A stretch of DNA of 32,000 bases, from the NCBI RefSeq assembly GCF_001548275.1, contig NZ_AP014945.1, positions 1,320,001 through 1,352,000 of the forward strand. Reading direction: 5' to 3'. The stretch's first letter is position 1, and each line of letters begins with the position of its first letter. Below are positions 17,505-25,464 of this stretch, in pieces. The notes beneath the pieces are model-generated. The model saw nothing but the letters and a program-made list of their open reading frames with translations, had not been told where the DNA came from and did no database searches. The translations under genes and the position numbers were made by a program. The DNA is from Caldimicrobium thiodismutans (GTDB taxonomy: Bacteria; Desulfobacterota; Thermodesulfobacteria; Thermodesulfobacteriales; Thermodesulfobacteriaceae).

Positions 17505-17622
17505 TAATTTTATAAATTTTTTTAACCTATCTAACTTTATCTGCAAAAATCGGTGGCACTGATCTACCAAAAGAGATAGATTTGAGTTTCAAAAGATATG
17601 GACGCATACAGGCTATTGACAA
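16482..17622 (+). mobile_element. Full-length (1141 bp) member of the TIR repeat family, encoding the Rpn/YhgA-like PD-(D/E)XK protein
   Basis: Left end TCTATAAGTTCATATCCTTACAAGAAA and right end GAGTTTCAAAAGATATGGACGCATACA match the ends of the five short copies. The interior is the rpn-like reading frame plus about 90 bp. Confidence 0.6.
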
Positions 17623-17660
17623 AATATAAAAGGGGGGTTATTTTTTATATAATCTTTTGG

Positions 17661-17735
17661 GGCCGTAGCTCAGAGGGAGAGCGCGTGAATGGCATTCACG
17701 AGGTCGAGGGTTCAAGTCCCTCCGGCTCCACCATT
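17661..17735 (+). tRNA. tRNA-Ala (anticodon GGC), CCA encoded
   Basis: Cloverleaf folds by hand. Acceptor GGGGCCG/CGGCTCC with the G3:U70 alanine identity pair. Anticodon stem CGTGA/TCACG with loop ATGGCAT. T-arm GAGGG-TTCAAGT-CCCTC. Confidence 0.95.
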
Positions 17736-17749
17736 TAAGGAACTAATAT

Positions 17750-17953
17750 ATGTCTCAGGATAAAGTAATCCCCATAGAAAAAAAGTTTTCTTCAAACCCT
17801 CAGGCTAATCTATCCCCTTTAGAAGAAACGGTCCTTCGCACAACCAAGGAAATTGTCATTAAATTTATTGAAATGGGAAGATGCTCTCCAGCAACCTTTG
17901 AAGAGGTTTTTACCCTCGTCCATTCAGTTATTAAGAAAACAGTCCTTAAGTAA
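17750..17953 (+). CDS. Hypothetical small protein (67 aa), translationally coupled to the downstream flavoprotein
   Basis: AAGGA RBS. Its stop overlaps the next start (TAATG). No family recognised. Confidence 0.4.
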   Translation: MSQDKVIPIEKKFSSNPQANLSPLEETVLRTTKEIVIKFIEMGRCSPATFEEVFTLVHSVIKKTVLK

Positions 17954-18561
17954 TGAAAATTTTAGCTATTCATGGAAGTCCAAGACTTGGTGGAAATACA
18001 GATCATCTTTTAACCTTTTTACTGGAAGGCGTTAAGGCCTCGCAGGGAGAATTTGAAAGAATAAATCTTTATGAGCTTAAATTTTCACCCTGTATAGAGT
18101 GTGGTGAGTGTGATCATTTAGGTGAATGTATTTTGCAAGATGATATGCAGTTTCTTTATCAAAAGTACCTGGAAGCAGATTTGCTTGTTGTAGCAACTCC
18201 TATCTTTTTTTATTCTCACACCTCTATGGTTCAGGCCTTTTTTGAGAGATTTCAGGCCTTTTGGGCCAGGAAATACAGATTGGGCCTTCCTCATCCTCAG
18301 GGAAAGAATCCCCGTGGAATACTCCTTTCTCTTGGTGCTACAAAGGGGAAAAAGATCTTTGAAGGCGTTATCCGCACCTTTAAATATGTGATGGATGCAG
18401 GCTGGGGCGCCTATGTGGGAGGGCTTTTTTTTAGAGAGATAGATAAAAAGGGCGAGATCCTTAAATATCCAGAGATCCTTGATAAGGCAAGAGAGCTTGG
18501 AAAAGAGTTAATTCTCTTACCTGAAGATAAATGGTCTCTTGATAGGAACCCTACACCCTAA
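17953..18561 (+). CDS. Iron-sulfur flavoprotein / NADPH-dependent FMN reductase family (Isf-like)
   Basis: Flavodoxin-like N-terminus MKILAIHGSPRLGGNT plus a compact Cys cluster CIECGECDHLGEC, as in Isf-type proteins. Confidence 0.8.
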   Translation: MKILAIHGSPRLGGNTDHLLTFLLEGVKASQGEFERINLYELKFSPCIECGECDHLGECILQDDMQFLYQKYLEADLLVVATPIFFYSHTSMVQAFFERFQAFWARKYRLGLPHPQGKNPRGILLSLGATKGKKIFEGVIRTFKYVMDAGWGAYVGGLFFREIDKKGEILKYPEILDKARELGKELILLPEDKWSLDRNPTP

Positions 18562-19208
18562 ATTTTTCTATACTTTCTGAAAAGCTCAGTATAACCCCTT
18601 GCTCTATCTTCAATATCTCTGGCAAGCCAGATATCACTTATTACAGCTAAAAGATCAGCTCCAAGTTTTATCAGCTCTTCGGCTTGCTCAAGGGTTATTC
18701 CTCCAATGGCACACACCGGAATTTTAAGCTCTTTTTTGGCCTGAAGAAGGATTTCCTTTGAAACAAGCGCTGATGCTGGCTTAGTGGGAGAGGGGAAAAA
18801 ACTTCCAAAGGCTACATAACTTGCTCCAAGGGCTTCAGCTCTTTTAGCTCTCTCCAGATCACCGTAACAGGAGACCCCTATAATTTTATCAGGAAGAGCT
18901 ACCTTAACTCTTTCAAGGGCTTCATCTTCTATACCTAAGTGAACCCCATCAGCTTCTACCCCTTTAGCAAGTTTAACTCTATCATTGACTATAAAAAGGG
19001 CTTGGTATTGATGACAGAGTTTCTTTAATTGAAGAGCAACCTCCAAGAGCTCCTCATCAGTATGAGTTTTATCTCTAAGCTGAACTACCTTTGCTCCACC
19101 TTTCAATGCAGACTCAACACACTTAAAAATTTTTTCTCCCTCATAGGGGGTGAGTTTTTCATCAGTAATTACATAAAGGCCAAATAGTTTTGTTTTTTCC
19201 CTTTCCAT
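18558..19208 (-). CDS. thiE: Thiamine-phosphate synthase
   Basis: LYVITDE..., VVQLRDK, GVHLG, GGI motifs. Start reassigned to the ATG at 19208 (MEREKTKLFGLYVITDE), because the 47-aa upstream extension of the ORF track is a translation of the repeat element. Confidence 0.9.
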   Translation of the reverse strand: MEREKTKLFGLYVITDEKLTPYEGEKIFKCVESALKGGAKVVQLRDKTHTDEELLEVALQLKKLCHQYQALFIVNDRVKLAKGVEADGVHLGIEDEALERVKVALPDKIIGVSCYGDLERAKRAEALGASYVAFGSFFPSPTKPASALVSKEILLQAKKELKIPVCAIGGITLEQAEELIKLGADLLAVISDIWLARDIEDRARGYTELFRKYRKI

Positions 19209-19282
19209 GGGACTAATCTTAAACCTTATTCCCAAAAAAGAAAAGAGCTTTTTTCTAAAGTTATTCTTTATGGACAAACCGC

Positions 19283-19531
19283 TGCATAAGTTCAGATCAT
19301 TACAAGAAAAAAGGAAGGGTAGTAAAAGGGGAATTAGATATCTATACAAGGGAGGCTTTACAAGTCTGAAAGTAACACAGGCAATCTTGCCTGTAAAAGT
19401 TAATTACACTCCAATGTATGAAAGTAACACAGACAAGAATGTCTGTGCTACAAGAGACCCACAAAAAAATTCAAGGGGTTTAAAATTTTAAACCCCAACT
19501 ATTTAAGTCTCAAAAGACCTGAACGCATACA
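19283..19531 (+). mobile_element. MITE-like long copy (249 bp) of the Rpn-associated TIR repeat family, carries the three-hairpin cargo
   Basis: Left end TGCATAAGTTCAGATCATTACAAGAAAAAAGG, right end AAGTCTCAAAAGACCTGAACGCATACA. Close paralogue of 8872-9216. Confidence 0.75.
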
Positions 19532-19536
19532 AACCC

Positions 19537-19565
19537 TTGGAATTTTTGAGAGAAGGATTAATAAT
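19537..19565 (+). promoter_or_regulatory. Putative promoter of ribBA (TTGGAA-N17-AATAAT)
   Basis: -35 TTGGAA at 19537-19542, 17-nt spacer, -10 AATAAT at 19560-19565, 29 nt before the ATG. Starts 5 nt after the repeat right end. Sequence-only prediction. Confidence 0.35.
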
Positions 19566-19594
19566 TATTAAAAAAATTTAATGGAGGACATGGG

Positions 19595-20797
19595 ATGCCT
19601 ATTTCTACTGTTGAGGCAGCTCTGGAGGATTTAAAAGCAGGAAAAATGATAATTGTGGTAGATGATGAGGATCGGGAAAATGAAGGAGACCTTGTCTTAC
19701 CAGCGGAGAAGGTAACTCCAGAAGCCATTAACTTTATGGCTATGTATGGAAGAGGACTTATTTGTCTTGCCATTGCACCAGAGATTGCTGAACGCCTTCA
19801 GCTCCAGCTTCAACCCAGAAGAGGGATAGACCCCTATGGAACAGCCTTTACTGTCTCTATTGATGCCCGGGAGGGTATTACTACTGGTATTTCTGCCTTT
19901 GATAGGGCCCATACCATTAAACTTGTCATAGATGAAAGAAGCAAACCCGAAGATTTTGTAACTCCAGGTCATATCTTTCCTATTATTGCCAGAAAAGGAG
20001 GGGTTTTGGTTAGGGCCGGGCATACTGAGGCAGCGGTAGATCTTGCCAGAATTTGTGGAATGAAACCAGCAGGGGTTATCTGTGAAATCATGAAGGATGA
20101 CGGAACTATGGCCAGACTTCCAGATCTTGAAAAATTTGCCGAGACCTGGGGGCTTAAAATCACAACCATTAGGGATCTTATTGCCTACCGGTTGAGAAAG
20201 GAGACCATGGTTAAGCGAGAGGTTGAAACTATTCTACCTACACCCTATGGCACTTTCAAACTTATTGCCTATAGCAATCTTGTAGATTCCGCAACCCATG
20301 TGGCTTTGGTTCTGGGGGAAATCACAGATGAGCCTGTGTTAGTAAGGGTTCATTCTGAGTGCCTCACAGGGGATGTCTTTGGTTCCCTCAGATGTGATTG
20401 TGGCCCACAATTAAAAAAAGCTATGGAGTATATTGCCAAAGAGGGAAGAGGAGTTCTGCTCTATCTGAGGCAGGAAGGCCGTGGAATTGGACTTTTGAAT
20501 AAACTTAAGGCCTATAATCTTCAAGATCAGGGCTTAGATACAGTTGAGGCCAATCTTGCCCTTGGTTTTAAACCAGATCTCAGAGACTATGGGATTGGAG
20601 CTCAGATCCTAAGAGATCTGGGTGTTAAGAAAATTAGACTCATGACCAACAATCCCCGTAAGATTGTTGGCCTTGAGGGATATGGAATGCAGGTAGTTGA
20701 AAGAGTTCCCATTGAGGTTACCCCGGTTAGAGAAAACTGGAATTATTTGCGCACAAAGAAGGAAAAGCTGGGACACCTCCTTTCCTGTTTAAGGTAA
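19595..20797 (+). CDS. ribBA: Bifunctional 3,4-dihydroxy-2-butanone-4-phosphate synthase / GTP cyclohydrolase II
   Basis: DHBP synthase motif [13 protein letters not shown] and [11 protein letters not shown] cyclohydrolase II motif [21 protein letters not shown]. Confidence 0.95.
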   Translation: MPISTVEAALEDLKAGKMIIVVDDEDRENEGDLVLPAEKVTPEAINFMAMYGRGLICLAIAPEIAERLQLQLQPRRGIDPYGTAFTVSIDAREGITTGISAFDRAHTIKLVIDERSKPEDFVTPGHIFPIIARKGGVLVRAGHTEAAVDLARICGMKPAGVICEIMKDDGTMARLPDLEKFAETWGLKITTIRDLIAYRLRKETMVKREVETILPTPYGTFKLIAYSNLVDSATHVALVLGEITDEPVLVRVHSECLTGDVFGSLRCDCGPQLKKAMEYIAKEGRGVLLYLRQEGRGIGLLNKLKAYNLQDQGLDTVEANLALGFKPDLRDYGIGAQILRDLGVKKIRLMTNNPRKIVGLEGYGMQVVERVPIEVTPVRENWNYLRTKKEKLGHLLSCLR

Positions 20798-20806
20798 TCC
20801 CTTTTT

Positions 20807-22390
20807 ATGCCACACTCCTTTAAGAGCCTTCTTAAGGAAAGAGATTTTCTCTTTACCTTTGAACTTGTGCCAGGCAGAAGTGTTCGCACAAGACATTATC
20901 AAGAAATCTTAAGATTTCTTGAGGAGAGCACGAATCTTAAGATCTTTCAGGCCTTTTCAATTACCGATAATGCAGGAGGGCATCCAGCCTTATCTCCTAT
21001 CCCTTTAGGAAGGACAATTAAAGAATTTGGCCTTGAACCTATCATTCATTTTTCTTGCAAGGATAAGAACCGAAATCAGCTTGAAAGTGAGCTTTTGGCC
21101 TTGGATAGGGAAGGTCTCCACAACCTGCTTGTCCTCACTGGTGATTATCCCTTTTACGGATACTTAGGCCGAGCTAAACCGGTTTTTGATCTGGACTCTG
21201 TTTTACTCTTAAAGATGATAACTGATATGGAGAGTGGGATAGAGCTTCCCAGAGGGGCTCCAGGGGGAGGGGTCAGACTCCCTGGTATCCCCTTTTTTAA
21301 AGGGGCAGTTGTTAATCCCTTTAAGCTAACTCTCTCAGAACTCTGGTGGCAATATCTAAAACTTTATAAAAAACTTCAGGCTGGAGCTTATTTCATTATA
21401 ACTCAGGTAGGCTTTTATCCAAGAAAATGGTTAGAATTGAAAAATCTCCTTGAACTTGGTATTACAAAAATCTTTTCCCAATTTCTTAAGGACCAGAGCC
21501 TTCATGAGCCTGAAAAGGATAAAACCTTTGAAAGGGTGCCTCTTATTGGAAGTGTTCTCTATCTTACTCCTCAGCTTTTAAGGGCCTTAAAAAAGGGGAG
21601 AATTCCAGGTATTTTTGTGACTGAGGATCTTTTGAGGAGATTGGAGAAAGCCTCTTCCTTTGAGGAAGGGGCTCTGGAGATCTCTGCTGAGCTTACAGCT
21701 ATACTTAAGGGCCTTGGCTATAAAGGGGTTCATCTCTGTGGTTTCCCCCTGGACTATAAGCTCATAGAGGCCTTTCTTGAAAAGGTCTCTAAGTATGAGA
21801 CTAAGTGGGAGGGCTCTTTTGAAGAGCTGGGAAATACCGCCCTTATTGAACTTCCTCAAGGGGTCTATCAAAGGGAGATACCCTGTTTACTGAAAAATGG
21901 CTTTGATTTAAGATTTGAAGGTAAAAAGAGCCTTTTTTACCTTTTTAATGAGGCTATGCATCGCCTTTTTTTTAACAGAGGAAACTTTCTTTATCCCTAT
22001 CTCCAAAAAGTAGCTCAATTCTTAGACAGATATCCCCGCTTAAAGGGCTATTTTACCTCCCTTGAATATTTCATTAAGAAACTTCTTTTTAATTGTCAGG
22101 AGTGTGGAGATTGCACCCTTTGGGAGTTCAATTATGCTTGTCCCCAGAGTGGATGTGCTAAGTATCTTTTAAATGGTCCTTGTGGAGGGAGTTTAGCTGG
22201 TTTTTGTGAGGTCTATCCCTTTGTCAAAAAATGTCACTTTGTAAGGGCAATGGAAAGAGCTCCCTCCCAAAGGGAACTTAAAAAATTTATAAAATCTTAT
22301 CTTCCCCCAAGGGACTGGGCCCTTTATAAAAGTTCCTCCTGGCTTAATTTTTTTCTTAGAAGGGATCACACTAAGGATGAAACAATTTGA
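20807..22390 (+). CDS. Methylenetetrahydrofolate reductase (MetF-like) fused to a MetV-type Cys-rich C-terminal domain
   Basis: N-terminal MTHFR pattern FTFELVPGRS...SITDNAGG...HFSCKD...LLVLTGDYP. C-terminal CQECGDCTLWEFNYACPQSGCAKYLLNGPCGGS, the NGPCGG signature of the MTHFR_C/MetV domain. Confidence 0.75.
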   Translation: MPHSFKSLLKERDFLFTFELVPGRSVRTRHYQEILRFLEESTNLKIFQAFSITDNAGGHPALSPIPLGRTIKEFGLEPIIHFSCKDKNRNQLESELLALDREGLHNLLVLTGDYPFYGYLGRAKPVFDLDSVLLLKMITDMESGIELPRGAPGGGVRLPGIPFFKGAVVNPFKLTLSELWWQYLKLYKKLQAGAYFIITQVGFYPRKWLELKNLLELGITKIFSQFLKDQSLHEPEKDKTFERVPLIGSVLYLTPQLLRALKKGRIPGIFVTEDLLRRLEKASSFEEGALEISAELTAILKGLGYKGVHLCGFPLDYKLIEAFLEKVSKYETKWEGSFEELGNTALIELPQGVYQREIPCLLKNGFDLRFEGKKSLFYLFNEAMHRLFFNRGNFLYPYLQKVAQFLDRYPRLKGYFTSLEYFIKKLLFNCQECGDCTLWEFNYACPQSGCAKYLLNGPCGGSLAGFCEVYPFVKKCHFVRAMERAPSQRELKKFIKSYLPPRDWALYKSSSWLNFFLRRDHTKDETI

Positions 22391-23681
22391 TTTAAAGATT
22401 GAGAAAATGGTCTTTGGTGGAGAGGGGCTGGGTAGATCCTCCTCAGGTAAAGTTGTCTTTGTGCCTTATACCCTTCCGGGGGAACTTGTAAGGGTTGGTA
22501 TTTATGAGGAATACAGGGACTACGCAAGGGGAATGGTGCTTGAGGTCCTTGAGGCCTCCCCTCATAGGATAAATCCTCCTTGTAGGTATTACGGACTATG
22601 CGGAGGCTGTCAATTTCAACATGCAACCTACGAGGAGGAGTTAAGAATCAAGGAAAGAGTCCTGAAAGACCTCTTTTTTCGTCAAGGCTATAAGAGGGAG
22701 ATCCCCTTAAGGGGTATTATACCATCTGAGAAAATCTATCATTATAGAAATAGGTTGAGACTCCATGTAGAGAATCATATTCTTAAGATGGGTTTTGTAA
22801 AAAAGGGCACTCACGAGGTCTTAAAGATTGAAGAGTGCCTTCTTGGAGAGGATATCCTGAATGAGCTTCTAAAAGAGCTATATGCAGAGTCCCCCTGGAT
22901 AAATATGGCTTTTTACATTAAGAGAATAAAGCTTGAGAGTTCTCCCTTAGATGGAAAGGCAACCCTTCTTTTCTGGACCTCCCTCTCACCCCGTAGAGAG
23001 GAGTTAGAGCAACTTTGTAAATTAAAAACCCTTAAAAGCATCTTTTATCTTATGAAAGGTGCTCGGCCTGTTGGCCCATTTCCTGAAGATGCTCCTTTTG
23101 CAGGAAGAAGACTTTTTGCCTCTCTTTCAGGCCTTATCTATTATATTCAGCCCGGGGTATTTACTCAGACCAACTGGGAAATAAATCTAAAGATTATGCA
23201 AAAGATTGGTGAGCTTACTCAAGGGACTGAACGAATCCTTGACCTTCACTCTGGTATGGGAAATTTTCTCATACCCCTGGTTAAGGGAAACCCATCAGCT
23301 AAGGCATTCTTAGGAGTTGATACAGATATTAGAGCCATTGAAGATGGACTTTTTACTGCGGAGAAAAACAATTTAGATGGAAGGCTTGAATTGAGAAGGA
23401 TGAGTGCTATGGAAGCCCTTTATGAAGCAGTTCAATCCGGGGAGAAATATGACCTTGTGCTCCTTGACCCGCCCCGAGGAGGCTGTAAAGAACTTTTGAG
23501 ACTCCTTCCTGATGTGGCTGAGGACAAAATCCTTTATCTCTCCTGTGACGCCCCCACCCTTGTTAGGGATATAATCCTTCTTGAAAAGGCTGGTTTTACT
23601 CTTTCTGAGATCTATCTTTTTGACATGTTTCCAAGGACTTATCATTTTGAGGTTCTTGCCCTTCTTCAAAAGATAAATTAA
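22377..23681 (+). CDS. 23S rRNA (uracil-C5)-methyltransferase, RlmD/RumA family (TRAM plus [4Fe-4S] plus SAM MTase)
   Basis: Cluster motif CRYYGLCGGCQFQH. SAM-MTase motifs LDLHSGMGNF, LLDPPRGG, YLSCDAPTLVRD. The start overlaps the metF-like stop by 14 nt. Confidence 0.85.
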   Translation: MKQFDLKIEKMVFGGEGLGRSSSGKVVFVPYTLPGELVRVGIYEEYRDYARGMVLEVLEASPHRINPPCRYYGLCGGCQFQHATYEEELRIKERVLKDLFFRQGYKREIPLRGIIPSEKIYHYRNRLRLHVENHILKMGFVKKGTHEVLKIEECLLGEDILNELLKELYAESPWINMAFYIKRIKLESSPLDGKATLLFWTSLSPRREELEQLCKLKTLKSIFYLMKGARPVGPFPEDAPFAGRRLFASLSGLIYYIQPGVFTQTNWEINLKIMQKIGELTQGTERILDLHSGMGNFLIPLVKGNPSAKAFLGVDTDIRAIEDGLFTAEKNNLDGRLELRRMSAMEALYEAVQSGEKYDLVLLDPPRGGCKELLRLLPDVAEDKILYLSCDAPTLVRDIILLEKAGFTLSEIYLFDMFPRTYHFEVLALLQKIN

Positions 23682-24429
23682 GAGGTTTGCCAAGGGCCCA
23701 GAGGAATTGCCTGCAGAATCCCATAATTATTTTAACTTCCCTGGATGTAAGTTCCCTTGAGGTTAGAAATCTTCTAATGTTTGTAAGCCAGAGAATAGGA
23801 TTTTGATGGGGCATATAGTCAATGACTTTTAAGGTAGCCTCAATGAGCTTAAACATGGTATTTATTTCTTTCTGGGTGGCAAGTTCAGGTTTTTTAAGTT
23901 TCAATCCAGAGGTAGCATCTTGAAAGATCTCATATAGAATTATAACTACCGCTTGGGAGACATTTAGAGAGGCCTTTTCTGTAGTGGGTATGGTGATAAC
24001 CTTGTCACAATAAAAGAGGTCTTCGTTACTAAGGCCTAAGCGCTCGTTTCCAAAAAGAATGGCTATGCGATTATTTAAGGAAAGCTCGCAAAGCTCCTTA
24101 GAAATCTCCTTTGGTGTATGATAAACCAATCTTCTTTTTCCAAGTCTGGCAGTGGTTCCTACAACTACATTGAAGTCTTTAAGGGCAGAGGGAAGATCCT
24201 TAAAGATCCGCATTTTATCAAGAATGTGCTTACCTGTATTGGTAGCCATAGCATACATAGGAAGAGGGGTTAAGTCTTCAGGATTTACAAGGAGGAGCTC
24301 TTCAATTCCAAAGTTTGCACAGGCTCTGGCTACAGAGCCTATGTTTTCAGGATAAAGGGGGTTAACTAAAATAACGGAAATATTTGTAAGATTTGCCCTT
24401 TTAGGCTTAGCAACCGGTCTTACTTGCAT
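23596..24429 (-). CDS. SpoU/TrmH-family RNA 2'-O-methyltransferase (TrmJ-like)
   Basis: Motifs ENIGSVARACANFG, ILFGNERLGLS, ITIPT...SLNVSQAVVIILYE. Confidence 0.85.
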   Translation of the reverse strand: MQVRPVAKPKRANLTNISVILVNPLYPENIGSVARACANFGIEELLLVNPEDLTPLPMYAMATNTGKHILDKMRIFKDLPSALKDFNVVVGTTARLGKRRLVYHTPKEISKELCELSLNNRIAILFGNERLGLSNEDLFYCDKVITIPTTEKASLNVSQAVVIILYEIFQDATSGLKLKKPELATQKEINTMFKLIEATLKVIDYMPHQNPILWLTNIRRFLTSRELTSREVKIIMGFCRQFLWALGKPLNLSFEEGQEPQNDKSLETCQKDRSQKE

Positions 24430-24516
24430 AATTAGGTTTCACGAATTTTATTCCCCTTTTTGTAGAAGTTAAAACTTAATTAATCATCTGGATAAAGTCA
24501 AGTCTGGGGGTCTTTT

Positions 24517-25218
24517 CCCAAATTTGCCGATAGAAATTTTAAAATTTAGATACTATCCAGCTTTGCTCTTCTTTTGCTCTTTCAGTTATCCATTGAGGGA
24601 ATTTTTATGCTCTTTTACCAGTCTTTTACAATGTTTTATCTCATCTAATCAGCCTCTACCCCTTTAATCTTCTCAATTTTGCCTGTTTTAAAAAACACTA
24701 CCCCCTCCTATTCCTTCCATCTCAATCTCAGTTCTTTGTTATTTATCCCTTTTATCCTGATAATTCTGCATGCCTGAGCCTTATCTTTTTATAAAGTATA
24801 AACTTCTCTACCTCTGCATATATCTTCAGACACAGCCTCCGGGCATGTTTTACTACCTTGCCAGCTACCTCTATGAAAATCCATCTTATGCTCTGAATTG
24901 TCTTTGTCCTCATAGACTCCGGTAATACAAAATACTTCTTCATGCCTGTGAGTTTCCTTAGTCCTCTATTATCTCCCTCAACTCTTCTATGTGTCTGCCA
25001 CCTCCTATAAGCATAAATAATATAGGCTCTATATAATGCCATGCCTTGTATCCCCTGTTTGAACCAGGCTCTGGCATATGCCTCTCCATGGCATCCTTTA
25101 TCCCAAAGGACCTTAAAAACTCTGACCAGATGGCTACTGGGTGATATTATATCATCCAGAAATCTAAATACAAAAGGAGGCTTTTGGATTTTTGATTGTT
25201 TCTATCGGCAAATTAGGG
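24517..25218 (-). mobile_element. Internally deleted IS remnant (IS1380-family-like) bounded by inverted repeats
   Basis: Perfect 16-bp inverted repeat AATTTGCCGATAGAAA at 24521-24536 and its complement at 25199-25214, extending to 19/20 as CCC(A/T)AATTTGCCGATAGAAA. The ends begin CC, as recalled for IS1380-family IRs. Only about 700 bp long. Confidence 0.5.
24752..25201 (-). pseudogene. Truncated DDE transposase fragment (C-terminal part, IS1380/IS4-like)
   Basis: The frame is open from inside the right IR. The C-terminal TIQSIRWIFIEVAGKVVKHARRLCLKI resembles the conserved C-terminal helix of IS1380/IS4-type transposases. It is far too short for an intact enzyme. Confidence 0.45.
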
Positions 25219-25329
25219 CTAAATACAGATCAGGTATGTTTTTATGTTGGCAATATACATTAGCAATATACATTGAGAAATAGGAAAAGGTTAGGAGATG
25301 GAGGATAAAAATATAAATGGAAGGTATGG

Positions 25330-25405
<76 letters not shown>

Positions 25406-25415
25406 AACCAGATTA

Positions 25416-25444
25416 AATATTTACCTATTTTATAAAAAAGTCAA
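25416..25444 (-). promoter_or_regulatory. Putative promoter of tRNA-Phe (TTGACT-N17-AATATT on - strand)
   Basis: TTGACT (25444-25439), 17-nt spacer, AATATT (25421-25416), 10 nt before the mature 5' end of the tRNA. Sequence-only prediction. Confidence 0.35.
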
Positions 25445-25446
25445 GG

Positions 25447-25464
25447 GGGCAAATCTATTTGCCC
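25447..25464. terminator. Hairpin spanning the hemerythrin stop codon, possible terminator
   Basis: GGGCAAAT-CT-ATTTGCCC. On the + strand it is followed directly by ATTTTTT. On the - strand a T-run follows after 7 nt. Confidence 0.35.

Noticed and set aside
17628-17653. TTGACA ... TATAAT as the tRNA-Ala promoter
   Set aside because: The perfect TATAAT (17648-17653) lies only 14 nt from the TTGACA, which is too short for a standard sigma70 promoter. With a 17-nt spacer the -10 would be the poor ATAATC. I kept it as an observation about the -35-like box only, not as a feature.
19209-19349. 47-aa N-terminal extension of the thiE ORF (MYRYLIPLLLPFLFSCNDLNLC...) in the ORF track
   Set aside because: The extension is a translation of the repeat element's left end. 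The same ...SC(K/N)DLNLC... peptide appears in the unrelated ORFs 8846..9052 and 3306..3524. The conserved ThiE sequence begins at the internal ATG at 19208.
3288-19531. Possibility that the recurring repeats are a CRISPR array
   Set aside because: The copies are kilobases apart, in both orientations, of different lengths (90-1141 bp) and separated by housekeeping genes. There is no regular repeat-spacer periodicity and no cas genes.
25041-25283. 80-aa + strand ORF inside the IS remnant
   Set aside because: It is antisense to the frame that has transposase-like sequence and crosses the right inverted repeat. It has no recognisable motifs.
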